Origin: Halarcobacter sp.
GTDB taxonomy: Bacteria > Campylobacterota > Campylobacteria > Campylobacterales > Arcobacteraceae
Assembly (NCBI GenBank): GCA_963676565.1
Contig: OY781089.1
Coordinates: 2,368,001 to 2,432,000 of the forward strand
Reading direction: 5' to 3'
DNA: 64,000 nucleotides
The position numbers and the translations under genes are program-made. The notes under the pieces were generated by a model. It worked only from the letters and a program-made list of their open reading frames with translations. It searched no databases and had not been told where the DNA came from. The first letter of the stretch is position 1, and each line of letters starts with the position of its first letter. Below are positions 37,918-47,394 of this stretch, piece by piece.

Positions 37918-38673
37918 ATGATAAAAATGAAAAAATTAACGATAGGTTATAAAAAAGAAAAAATTCTAAAAAATATTGATTTGGAAATAAAAAAAGGTGA
38001 ATTTGTAGGAATCATTGGACCTAGTGGTGCTGGCAAATCAACACTATTAATGTCTGTTGTTGGTGGAATCAAAGTATTTGATGGAGATTTTGAAGTTTTA
38101 AAATTTGATATGGATAATATCAAGAAAAAAGATTTAATTAAACTTCGAGAACAAATAGGAATAATCTTCCAAGGATATAACTTAGTAGATAGATTAAGTG
38201 TATTAGATAATGTAATTAGTGGGATGTTAAAAGATATCCCAATGGCCAGAGCTATTATTAAATATTACAAAGAAAAAGACCTAAAAAAAGTTAATGAGTT
38301 AATGAAACTTGTTGATATTGAAAAATACTCTTTAAAAAGATGTGATGAACTAAGTGGAGGTCAAAGACAAAGAGTTGCAATAGCAAGAGCACTTGCCTCT
38401 AACCCTAAAATTATTTTAGCTGATGAACCTATTTCTGCCCTTGATCAAAAAAGTGCAAAAAAAGTAATGGATATTTTACAAAAAATCAATGAAAAACTTG
38501 GAGTTACTATAATTGCCAATCTTCATCACTTAGAAATTGCAGAAAAATATTGTACAAGAATTCTAGGAATCAACAAAGGGAAAATAGTTTTTGATGGAAA
38601 TATAAAAGAATTAGATAAAAAAACTATTGACAAAATTTATGAAGGTGAACAACAAGAAAACGTTAACGAATAG
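37918..38673 (+). CDS. phnC: Phosphonate ABC transporter ATPase
   Basis: GPSGAGKST, YNLVDRLSVLDNV, LSGGQRQRVAIARAL, NLHH. Confidence 0.93.
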   Translation: MIKMKKLTIGYKKEKILKNIDLEIKKGEFVGIIGPSGAGKSTLLMSVVGGIKVFDGDFEVLKFDMDNIKKKDLIKLREQIGIIFQGYNLVDRLSVLDNVISGMLKDIPMARAIIKYYKEKDLKKVNELMKLVDIEKYSLKRCDELSGGQRQRVAIARALASNPKIILADEPISALDQKSAKKVMDILQKINEKLGVTIIANLHHLEIAEKYCTRILGINKGKIVFDGNIKELDKKTIDKIYEGEQQENVNE

Positions 38674-38679
38674 ATATTT

Positions 38680-38829
38680 TTATAGTAAAGCTCTAAGAAT
38701 TTTTTGAGTTTTTAGAGGTTTGCTATAAGGATTCTTGTTTGGAACTTTGAGCGGCAACAAACAAGAATCTTTAGGTAATTAGTGGTGAGTTATTAAACTG
38801 AACAAAACACTACCAATTAAAGGTAGTGT
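38680..38829 (+). other. Three consecutive stem-loops in the phnC-phnD spacer
   Basis: Stems at 38680-38727, 38730-38769 (gattcttgtttg/caaacaagaatc) and 38807-38829 (acactacc/ggtagtgt). Confidence 0.6.
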
Positions 38830-38861
38830 AACAAATTTTTGATTTGAAAGGTATAAAAATC

Positions 38862-39737
38862 ATGAGAAGAGATTTTCTTAAAAAAATGGGATTAGCTACA
38901 CTAGCTTTAACTTTAGGTATTAGTACATTAAGTGCAAAAGAAGCAAATTGGCCAAAAGAAGTTAACTTTGGTTTAATTCCAGTTGCTGGAACTTCAAGTG
39001 TTAAAGATACATTTGGACCATTAGGTGTTTATTTAGAAAAAACTTTAGGTGTTAAAGTTAACTTACAATCGGCTGGAGATTATGCAGGTGTTATTACTGC
39101 TATGCAACACAAACATGTTGATATTGCTTACTTTGGACCAAAATCTTATGTAGAAGCTGCAAAAAGAGCTGGAGCCCAAGCTGTTGCAACTGAAATTGAT
39201 GCAGAATCAGGATTACCAGGATACAAAGGTATTATTATCACTAAAAAAGGAAGTGGTTTAAAAACTTTAGAAGATATCAAAGGTAAAACTTGGGCATTTA
39301 CTGACTCTAACTCTACATCAGGAACTTTAGTACCAACTGTAATGTTTTCTAAAAAAGGTATCAATCCTCAAAAATACTTCTCAAAAGTTCTTTATTCAGG
39401 TGGACACGAAGCTTCAATTTTAGCAGTAAAAGCTGGAAAAGTTGATGCAGCATCTACAAATAACTTAGACTTTAATAGAGGATTAGGAAAACATTGGAAT
39501 GAAGATGATTTTAATATTCTTTGGACTTCTGAATTAATTCCAGGTTCTCCAATGACAGTTAGAAAAGACTTACCAGAATCATTTAAAAAAGCTGTTAAAG
39601 ATGCATTTTTATCATTAAAAGATGAAAAAATCTTATCAAATATGAAAATCAAAGGTTATGCAGATGGAAATGATGCATTTTATAACCCAGTTAGAGAATT
39701 AATTGAATTAAAAAAATCTTTAAAAAAGAAACAATAA
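38862..39737 (+). CDS. phnD: Phosphonate ABC transporter substrate-binding protein
   Basis: DYAGVITAM, AYFGPKSYV, STSGTLVP, SGGHEAS. Confidence 0.95.
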   Translation: MRRDFLKKMGLATLALTLGISTLSAKEANWPKEVNFGLIPVAGTSSVKDTFGPLGVYLEKTLGVKVNLQSAGDYAGVITAMQHKHVDIAYFGPKSYVEAAKRAGAQAVATEIDAESGLPGYKGIIITKKGSGLKTLEDIKGKTWAFTDSNSTSGTLVPTVMFSKKGINPQKYFSKVLYSGGHEASILAVKAGKVDAASTNNLDFNRGLGKHWNEDDFNILWTSELIPGSPMTVRKDLPESFKKAVKDAFLSLKDEKILSNMKIKGYADGNDAFYNPVRELIELKKSLKKKQ

Positions 39738-39754
39738 TCATTTAAAAACCTATT

Positions 39755-39776
39755 AACACAGGATTTTTCCTGTGTT
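39755..39776 (+). terminator. Stem-loop after phnD (terminator or mRNA stabiliser)
   Basis: aacacagga-tttt-tcctgtgtt. Confidence 0.6.
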
Positions 39777-39844
39777 TACCATAATAAGTTTAAAAAAGGC
39801 TATACCCGATTATTGTCTTTTTTAAATGTATAAAAGGAAAAAAA

Positions 39845-40702
39845 ATGTCAATTGAAATATTAAAAAAAGAATCAAACCCCTTTAAACTATTTAATTTAGC
39901 AATTATAGGGATCTTTGCATATATAGTGATAAAAAGTTGGGTTGATACAGAGATGAGTTTTGTAGGATTGGTTGAAGGATGGGGACATATGGTTTCATAT
40001 ATCCAAGGTAATCCAGACATTGAAGGAAGTTCATATTTTCCACCAATATTTTATAAAGATGATTTACTAGTTTATTTTTGGGCAATGGTTGAAACTGTTC
40101 AAATGGCTGTAATAGCTTTATTCTTATCAGTTATATTAGCTATTCCATTATCATATATTACTTCTAGAAATATTTTGGAAATATTAATTCCAGGGAAAAC
40201 AGTTTTTCATACTTTTTTGAAAAAAGCACTTTATTCTTTTGGTACTACTATAGCAAATATTTTTAGGTCAGTTAATGAATTAGTTTGGGCTTTAATTTTT
40301 GTAAGTGCAGTTGGTCTTGGACCAATGGCTGGTATTTTAGCTTTAGGTATTCATACAGCGGGAGTATTAAGTAAACTTTTAAGTGAAGGTAATGAAGCAA
40401 TTGATCCAGGTCCAGTTGAAGCATTAACAAATAGTGGAGCAGGATTTATAAAAGTAATTGCATTTGCAGTTGTTCCTCAAACTATGCCTCACTTTGTATC
40501 AATGATTTTATATAGATTTGAATCAGATGTTAGAAGTGCTTCAATCTTAGGATTTGTTGGTGCAGGAGGTATTGGTTTTTATCTATTTGATAAGTTAAGA
40601 GGGTTCGAAAATGGCCATGTGTGTACCATCTTGATTTTTATTATCGTGACAGTTTGGGTTTTGGATAATCTAAGTGCAATTATTAGAAAAAGGTTTATCT
40701 AA
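39845..40702 (+). CDS. phnE: Phosphonate ABC transporter permease
   Basis: RSVNELVWALIFVSAVGLGP, YRFESDVRSASILGFVGAGGIG. Confidence 0.95.
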   Translation: MSIEILKKESNPFKLFNLAIIGIFAYIVIKSWVDTEMSFVGLVEGWGHMVSYIQGNPDIEGSSYFPPIFYKDDLLVYFWAMVETVQMAVIALFLSVILAIPLSYITSRNILEILIPGKTVFHTFLKKALYSFGTTIANIFRSVNELVWALIFVSAVGLGPMAGILALGIHTAGVLSKLLSEGNEAIDPGPVEALTNSGAGFIKVIAFAVVPQTMPHFVSMILYRFESDVRSASILGFVGAGGIGFYLFDKLRGFENGHVCTILIFIIVTVWVLDNLSAIIRKRFI

Positions 40703-41133
40703 TGAAAAGAGAAGATATCAATTTTATACTTCAAAAAACTGATTTAAAAGAATTAAAATCCCTTTATGAAAAAATTAATGAATTTCATGAAATAAAAATT
40801 TTACAAAAACCAACACAACAAACTCTACTTCAACCAGTAATTGATCCTGTAAGTTCAGGGGAATTTTATGCAGGTGAAGTTTTAGTAACTACTACAATAG
40901 TTCAAGTTGGAACCAACTCAGCAAATAAAGGCTGGGCTATGGTACAAGATGATAATGAAGAAGTTTCTTTATATATTTCTGCTTGTGATGGAGCATATGG
41001 TGCAGATTTTTTAAAAAATGAAATAGAAAATCTAGTAACAAAAACTATTGAAAATATTGAAAAAACTCAAAAAGAATTAAACAAAAAAATCAACTCTACA
41101 AAAGTTAGCTTTGATTTGATGACACAAGGTTAA
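40702..41133 (+). CDS. phnG: C-P lyase subunit PhnG
   Basis: FYAGEVLVT; C-terminal TKVSFD; operon position. Confidence 0.88.
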   Translation: MKREDINFILQKTDLKELKSLYEKINEFHEIKILQKPTQQTLLQPVIDPVSSGEFYAGEVLVTTTIVQVGTNSANKGWAMVQDDNEEVSLYISACDGAYGADFLKNEIENLVTKTIENIEKTQKELNKKINSTKVSFDLMTQG

Positions 41134-41135
41134 AA

Positions 41136-41666
41136 ATGGAAGATTTAGAGAAGTTAAATAGACAAAACTTTAAAAGCCTTAGTGATTCTTTATCACAACC
41201 TGGGAAAATATCAAAGATAAAACCAATCTTTGATTCAAAACTTTTAGGAATCGCAAGTGTACTTTTATATAGTGAAGTATCTTATTATTACAATGGTTCT
41301 AGGGATATGACACTAATTGAAGCAATTACAAATCCAAAAGCTGAAACTGTACAAAATGCTGATTATATATTTAGTGATGAGATTGATGTAAACTTATTAA
41401 AAGATGCAAAAGTTGGTGACCACTTAAACCCTGATTTTTCTTCAACTTTAATATTTCAATGTGTTAATTTTGAAATTACAAAAGTTAAATTATCAGGATC
41501 AGGAATAAATAAGGAGTTAATTACGACACTTCCATGTGATAAAGATTTTTTAGAAGTTTTAGCTAATAAAAATAGTGAATATCCACTAGGTTTAGAAATA
41601 TACTTTATAAATAATGAAGGTGAACTATTGGCACTTTCAAGAACTACAAAAGTGGAGGTGCTTTAA
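41136..41666 (+). CDS. phnH: C-P lyase subunit PhnH
   Basis: LSQPGK, GDHLNPDFSSTL, LSGSGI, YPLG, LSRTT. Confidence 0.9.
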   Translation: MEDLEKLNRQNFKSLSDSLSQPGKISKIKPIFDSKLLGIASVLLYSEVSYYYNGSRDMTLIEAITNPKAETVQNADYIFSDEIDVNLLKDAKVGDHLNPDFSSTLIFQCVNFEITKVKLSGSGINKELITTLPCDKDFLEVLANKNSEYPLGLEIYFINNEGELLALSRTTKVEVL

Positions 41667-42733
41667 TGGGTTATGTCGCAATTAAAGGTGGTGAAGAGGC
41701 TATTAATAACTCATTAGCCTTTTATGAAGATAGAATCACTGAAAAACAAAATATCAATGAAGTTGATATAGAAAATTCATTAACATTTGCCGTTGATAAA
41801 GTGATTAGTGAGGGAAGTTTATATTCAAAAAAACTATCTTCAATAGCTATAAAAAAAGCTGGTGGAGATTTATTAAATGCTTCATTTTTCTTAAGGGCCC
41901 ATAGAAGTAGTTGTGCAAGAGCTGGTATTGCTAAAACTATTGATATAAATGATATGAGAATCACCAGAAGAATCTCATCAGCTTTTAAAGATATTAAAGG
42001 GGGACAAATATTAGGTCCTTCAAATGATTATGAAGTAAAACTAATATTAAAAAAATCATTAAATAAAACTATTTGGAATGATTATAATGATGATGATATT
42101 TTTGTGGAATCAGCTTTAACTCCATTAAGAGAAAAAGGGATTGTTAAAACTCTTCCAAAAGATAAAGAGATAAGTGATATTACAAGAAACTTCCCAACAC
42201 CTCCTTACCCAAGAAGTGCAGTTTTACAGATTATGAGTAGAGGTGAAACTGGTTCAATGCTTGGGTTTGCTTACACTTCAATGAGAGGTTATGGTGATGT
42301 TCACCCAACAATTGGTGATTTAAGACTTGGAAGCTGTGAACTTAGATTTACCCATCCCTTTACTAAAAATGAAGTAAAAGTTGGTGAAATAGATGCAACA
42401 TCTTGTGAAACAGCAGCTACTTTAGAAAAGCAAGATGATGGAACTATGAAGTTATCAACTGGTTTTGGGTTTTGTTTTGGGTTTAATGAAACAAAAGCTA
42501 TTTCAATGAGTATTCTTGATACTTCACTTTATAACACTGCTTATACAATAGGTGAAGGGAGCATTGCAAGTAATTTTGAAATGATTATTCACCATATAGA
42601 TGGAATTGAATCAATGGGATTTACTAATCACTATAAACTTCCTCACTATGTAACTTTCCAAGCAGATTTACAAGTTCTTGCAAATGCAACTGAACATTCT
42701 AAAAGTGAAGAATCTAAAAAGGATAATAAATGA
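41666..42733 (+). CDS. phnI: C-P lyase subunit PhnI
   Basis: MGYVAIKGGEEAI, RGYGDVHP, HYKLPHYVTFQA. Confidence 0.96.
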   Translation: MGYVAIKGGEEAINNSLAFYEDRITEKQNINEVDIENSLTFAVDKVISEGSLYSKKLSSIAIKKAGGDLLNASFFLRAHRSSCARAGIAKTIDINDMRITRRISSAFKDIKGGQILGPSNDYEVKLILKKSLNKTIWNDYNDDDIFVESALTPLREKGIVKTLPKDKEISDITRNFPTPPYPRSAVLQIMSRGETGSMLGFAYTSMRGYGDVHPTIGDLRLGSCELRFTHPFTKNEVKVGEIDATSCETAATLEKQDDGTMKLSTGFGFCFGFNETKAISMSILDTSLYNTAYTIGEGSIASNFEMIIHHIDGIESMGFTNHYKLPHYVTFQADLQVLANATEHSKSEESKKDNK

Positions 42734-43554
42734 TATATGGTTTTTTAGATGAAGATGCAAAAAAAGAGATAAGAAGAAGTATCTTAAAAGCTATTGCAAT
42801 ACCTGGATATCAAGTTTCTTTTGCAAGTAGAGAATTACCAATAGCTAGAGGTTGGGGAACAGGTGGCCTTCAACTAACCCTCTCAATTATAAATGAAGAG
42901 GATGTTTTAAAGGTAATTGACCAAGGTTGTGATGGAAGTGTAAATGCTGTAAATATTAGAAATTTCATAACTTCTGTTACAGGAAATAAAACAACAATCA
43001 ATTTAAATGAAGCAGATATTATTCAAACAAGACATAGAATCCCTGAATTTGAATTAAGTGAGGGTCAGACTTTAGTTTTTCAAGTACCCTACCCTGAAGT
43101 TTTAACAAATGTTGAAGCAAATACATATAAACAAAAACTAATGCATGCAAATAGTGATTATGCAAAACTTTGGGTTTTATTATATGAAGATACTGCACAA
43201 TTTGGTGATAGTAGAATTGGTCATAGATACCCTGTTATGGTAAATAACAGATATGCGATGGACCCAAGTCCAATTCCAAAATATGATACACCAAAACTAA
43301 ATCAAAGTAAAGCATTAATGCTATTTGGAGCAGGTAGAGAAAAGAAAATTTATGCAATCCCACCTTATACAAACGTAGAACCTCTTAAGTTTGAAGATAA
43401 AGAGTTCAAAGTAGAAAAATTTAAAGATAAATTTTGTCAAAGATGTGGTTCTAGTGGTGTTTACATGGATGAAGTTTATGATGAAAATGGCACTGCTAAA
43501 TTTTACTGTAATGACACAGCATATTGTGATAGCAAGTTAGAGGCAAAAAAATGA
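42730..43554 (+). CDS. phnJ: Radical SAM C-P lyase PhnJ
   Basis: AIPGYQV (glycyl site), GWGTGG, IQTRHRIPE, CQRC...CNDTAYC. Confidence 0.97.
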   Translation: MIYGFLDEDAKKEIRRSILKAIAIPGYQVSFASRELPIARGWGTGGLQLTLSIINEEDVLKVIDQGCDGSVNAVNIRNFITSVTGNKTTINLNEADIIQTRHRIPEFELSEGQTLVFQVPYPEVLTNVEANTYKQKLMHANSDYAKLWVLLYEDTAQFGDSRIGHRYPVMVNNRYAMDPSPIPKYDTPKLNQSKALMLFGAGREKKIYAIPPYTNVEPLKFEDKEFKVEKFKDKFCQRCGSSGVYMDEVYDENGTAKFYCNDTAYCDSKLEAKK

Positions 43555-44387
43555 TACTTGATTTAAAGAATGTTAATAAAGTTTATGGTGAATTTTGCAA
43601 TAAATGCCTAAGTTTAACTGGCTCAAAATTTAATAGCTCAATTTGTCCAAATTGTGGAAGTGTAGTTGCAGTAAATAATATAAATCTTCATCTAAATAAA
43701 GGGGAGGTTTTAGGAATAGTTGGGGAAAGTGGTAGCGGGAAATCTACACTTTTACAACTAATTTACCAAGACCAAAAGGCAAGTGCTGGAGTGATTCACT
43801 TAGATAATTATCTAGATAAATTAGGAAATTATAAAAATATTTTAGATGCTGGAGCAAATGAACTAAATTATCTAAGAGATGAGTTGATGTCTATGATTTA
43901 TCAAAACCCAAGACTAGGACTTAATTATCAATTTAGTGCAGGTGGAAACATCGCTGAAAAAGTGATTATGAGTGGAACTAAAAAATATGAAGAGATTAGA
44001 CAAAGAGCTTTATATTTTTTAGAAAAAACTGAAATCCCAGTTGAAAGAATTGATGATTATCCAGATAGATTTAGTGGAGGTCAACAACAAAGAATTCAAA
44101 TCTCTAAAGCTTTATCATCCAATCCAAAGATACTATTGCTTGATGAACCGACTACTGGGCTTGATTTATCAGTTCAAGCAAAAATACTTGATTTAATCAA
44201 AGAGCTTCAAAAAGAGATAGGTTTTGCTATGGTAATTGTATCTCATGATTTAGGGGTAATAAAACACTTAACAGATATTTCAATAGTTATGAAAAATGGT
44301 GAAGTTGTAGAGTATGGATTAACAGATCAAATACTTGAAGACCCTCAACATCCGTATACTCAAACTTTAGTATCAAGTATTTTGTAA
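43551..44387 (+). CDS. phnK: C-P lyase ATPase PhnK
   Basis: GESGSGKST, DEPTTGLDLSVQAKILDL, GLTDQILEDPQHPYTQ. Confidence 0.95.
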   Translation: MILDLKNVNKVYGEFCNKCLSLTGSKFNSSICPNCGSVVAVNNINLHLNKGEVLGIVGESGSGKSTLLQLIYQDQKASAGVIHLDNYLDKLGNYKNILDAGANELNYLRDELMSMIYQNPRLGLNYQFSAGGNIAEKVIMSGTKKYEEIRQRALYFLEKTEIPVERIDDYPDRFSGGQQQRIQISKALSSNPKILLLDEPTTGLDLSVQAKILDLIKELQKEIGFAMVIVSHDLGVIKHLTDISIVMKNGEVVEYGLTDQILEDPQHPYTQTLVSSIL

Positions 44388-44396
44388 GGAGAAATT

Positions 44397-45101
44397 ATGG
44401 AAAAAATAAAAGTTAGAAATCTTTGCAAAGAGTTTACTGTGCATACTAGAGGTGGAATAAAAATTAATGGATTCAAAGATATAAATTTTGAAGTAAACAA
44501 AGGTGAGTTTTTATCACTATTTGGTCCAAGTGGTATGGGTAAATCTTCAATTTTAAAGACTATTTTTAGAACATATACAACAACTTCCGGAGATATTATT
44601 TTCACAAAAGAAAATGGACAAAGTGAAAATATAGCTACTTGTGATGAAAGTTCTATGTTAAAACTAAGAAAAGAAGAGATTGGTTATGTATCTCAGTTTT
44701 TACAAGTATTACCAAGAATTAGTGCTGTTGATGTTGTAGCCCAACCACTTATTGATAAAGGTGAAGAAAAAATTATAGCCCAAGAAAAAGCAAAAGAGTT
44801 ATTAGACTTTTTAGGAATCAAAAAAGAACTATTTGATATCTCACCTTTGACTTTTAGTGGTGGTGAGCAACAAAGAGTAAATATAGCAAAAGGGATAATT
44901 GCTCCAAAATCTGTTTTACTTTTAGATGAACCAACTGCATCATTAGATAAAACAAATACTATGAAAGTGATTGAAAGATTAATGAAAATAAAAGAGGATG
45001 GCGTAGCTATGATTGGGATATTTCACGATATTGATGCCATGAATACAATAAGTGATAAATTATTTGATATAAGGGAAAAAAGATATGCAAACAATTATTA
45101 G
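44397..45101 (+). CDS. phnL: C-P lyase ATPase PhnL
   Basis: GYVSQFLQVLPR, PLTFSGGEQQRVNIA, GIFHD. Confidence 0.95.
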   Translation: MEKIKVRNLCKEFTVHTRGGIKINGFKDINFEVNKGEFLSLFGPSGMGKSSILKTIFRTYTTTSGDIIFTKENGQSENIATCDESSMLKLRKEEIGYVSQFLQVLPRISAVDVVAQPLIDKGEEKIIAQEKAKELLDFLGIKKELFDISPLTFSGGEQQRVNIAKGIIAPKSVLLLDEPTASLDKTNTMKVIERLMKIKEDGVAMIGIFHDIDAMNTISDKLFDIREKRYANNY

Positions 45102-46230
45102 AAGTAAAAATGTTTTAATTGATGGTTGTTTTAAAGCTGCTGATATAGTTATACAAGGGGATAAAATCACTTCTGTAAAAACTTACCAAACTTTAGATGT
45201 AGCAATTGATTTAGGAGAAAGAAGAATAGTTCCTGGATTTGTTGATTTACATGGTGATGCTATTGAAAAAGAGATTGAACCAAGACCTGGAGCTAGATTT
45301 CCCACTTCTATGGCAGTAGTTGAACTTGATAAAAAACTTTCTATGGCAGGAGTTACAACAATGTATCATGCCATTGGTTTTAATGATGAAGAGTTAAGTA
45401 AAGGAAGAGGAACACAACAATCAAAAGAGTTAATTGAAGAGATTTTTAAAGCAAATAAAAATCATTTAGGGGTTGATAATCTAGTTCATGCAAGATTTGA
45501 AATCACTAGTGAAAGTTCCCTTGAAACAATTAAACAGTTAATCATTGATAAAAAAGTGGATATGTTATCTATTATGGATCATAGTCCGGGACAAGGTCAA
45601 TTTAAAACTTTAGAATCATGGAAAAAGTATCACTTGTCTGCATATGAAATTCAAGATGAAGATGTAGATGAATACCTAAAGAATAAATCTTCAAAAGATA
45701 AAGTTGGTATTGTAGAAGAGTTAGTAAACTTTGGACTTGAGCATAAAATTCCAGTTTTAAGTCACGATGATGATTGCGAAGAAAAACTAAATACTTTAAA
45801 AAATCTAGGAGTTACTTTTTCAGAATTTCCACTAAGTGTAGATGTTGCTAAAAAAGCTAAACAGATGAATATTAGTACAGGAATGGGTGCACCAAATGTT
45901 GTAAGAGGTGGAAGCCAGAGTGGAAACATTGCTGCAAAAATCTTAGTAGAACAAGGTGTTTGTGATTATTTATGTAGCGACTATCATCCTGCATCACTTT
46001 TAATGAGTCCATATAGATTAAAAGAAGATGTTGAACTATCACTAGAGCAAGGTTTTGCTATGATTAGTACAACACCAGCAAAACTTGCAGGGTTAAAAGA
46101 TAGAGGTGAAATTGCTGAGGGGAAATTAGCTGACATAGCTGTTATTGATGAATCACATTTCCCTAAAATAGTACTTACTTTTAAAGATGGGGAGATAGTT
46201 TACAATGGAATTAGAGGATTCAAAATCTAA
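45085..46230 (+). CDS. phnM: Alpha-D-ribose 1-methylphosphonate 5-triphosphate diphosphatase
   Basis: VDLHGDAIEKEIEPRP, MDHSPGQGQF, SHDD, GAPNVVRGGS, SDYHP. Confidence 0.96.
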   Translation: MQTIIRSKNVLIDGCFKAADIVIQGDKITSVKTYQTLDVAIDLGERRIVPGFVDLHGDAIEKEIEPRPGARFPTSMAVVELDKKLSMAGVTTMYHAIGFNDEELSKGRGTQQSKELIEEIFKANKNHLGVDNLVHARFEITSESSLETIKQLIIDKKVDMLSIMDHSPGQGQFKTLESWKKYHLSAYEIQDEDVDEYLKNKSSKDKVGIVEELVNFGLEHKIPVLSHDDDCEEKLNTLKNLGVTFSEFPLSVDVAKKAKQMNISTGMGAPNVVRGGSQSGNIAAKILVEQGVCDYLCSDYHPASLLMSPYRLKEDVELSLEQGFAMISTTPAKLAGLKDRGEIAEGKLADIAVIDESHFPKIVLTFKDGEIVYNGIRGFKI

Positions 46231-46869
46231 ATGAAAAAAATAGACTCACTAAACCTTTCAAAAAAGAAGATATTGGGGGATGAACCGTTAATTCATGATG
46301 AATGTATCATAAAAGATTCATCTTTTGGTAAATATGTTGAAATAGGTATAAATAATAATATCCAAGAGAGTATAATAGATGATTACAGTTATACAAGTGA
46401 GTATTGCCAAATCATCTATTCAGAGATAAAAAAATTTTCAAATATTGCTTCATTTGTAAGATTAAATCCCGGTCAACATCCAAAACACTGGCCATGTCAA
46501 CATCATATGCTTTATAGAAAAGAGATGTATGGATTTGGAAAAAATGATGATAGTTTTTTCAACTGGCGGAGGGAAAAAAAAGTAACTATAGGTAATGATA
46601 CTTGGATTGGTCATAATGTAACTATTATGGGTGGAGTTACTATTGGAAATGGTGCGGTTATTGGAAGTGGTTCAATAGTAACAAAAGATATTCCTCCATA
46701 TGCAATTGCTGTTGGAAATCCAGCAAAAGTTATAAAGTTTAGATTTGAAGAAAAAACAATACAAAAACTTCAAGATATAGCTTGGTGGGATTGGTCTCAT
46801 GAAAAAATAAATAGATGTTTAGATGATTTAAAAAATCTTGAACTTTTTATAGAAAAATATGGTAGATAA
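46231..46869 (+). CDS. Hexapeptide-repeat acetyltransferase associated with phn clusters
   Basis: [32 protein letters not shown]. Confidence 0.88.
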   Translation: MKKIDSLNLSKKKILGDEPLIHDECIIKDSSFGKYVEIGINNNIQESIIDDYSYTSEYCQIIYSEIKKFSNIASFVRLNPGQHPKHWPCQHHMLYRKEMYGFGKNDDSFFNWRREKKVTIGNDTWIGHNVTIMGGVTIGNGAVIGSGSIVTKDIPPYAIAVGNPAKVIKFRFEEKTIQKLQDIAWWDWSHEKINRCLDDLKNLELFIEKYGR

Positions 46870-46872
46870 TTA

Positions 46873-47385
46873 ATGCAAAAAATAGTTTTAATAGTTGGTG
46901 CTAGCGGTGTTGGTAAGGACTCTTTGTTAAAGATAATTAAATCAAAAATAGATGCAAACTTTGTAAAAAGATATATAACAAGAATACCTGATGAAAATGA
47001 ATCAAACTACTTTATTGATGAAGAAGCCTTTACTATTTTAAAAAACAACAATTATTTTGTATCATCGTGGTATGCACATGGAAACTCTTATGCAATAGCA
47101 CACAATCAAATAAAAAAGGGTTTAAATATAATTTCTATTTCAAGAAGTGCAATAAAAGATTTTGAAAAAATTTTTCAAGATGTTATAACTATAAATATAA
47201 CTGTTCCAAAAGAGACTTTAAGGGAAAGATTAAAGAAAAGAGGAAGAGAAACTTTTGAAGAAATAGAAAATAGACTAAATAGGAGTAGTATAGAAATATA
47301 TGCAAAAGATTTAGTAGAGTTTGAAAATTTAAATGATTTAGAAACATCTTCTAAAAAACTTATTGAGATTTTAAAAAATATATAA
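46873..47385 (+). CDS. phnN: Ribose 1,5-bisphosphokinase
   Basis: VGASGVGKDSL, RYITR, WYAHGNSY, RLKKRGRE. Confidence 0.92.
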   Translation: MQKIVLIVGASGVGKDSLLKIIKSKIDANFVKRYITRIPDENESNYFIDEEAFTILKNNNYFVSSWYAHGNSYAIAHNQIKKGLNIISISRSAIKDFEKIFQDVITINITVPKETLRERLKKRGRETFEEIENRLNRSSIEIYAKDLVEFENLNDLETSSKKLIEILKNI

Positions 47386-47394
47386 AATAACTTT

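Noticed and set aside
46231..46869. Vat/CatB antibiotic-resistance acetyltransferase
   Set aside because: Same fold, but it is embedded in the phn operon and matches the phosphonate-associated type.
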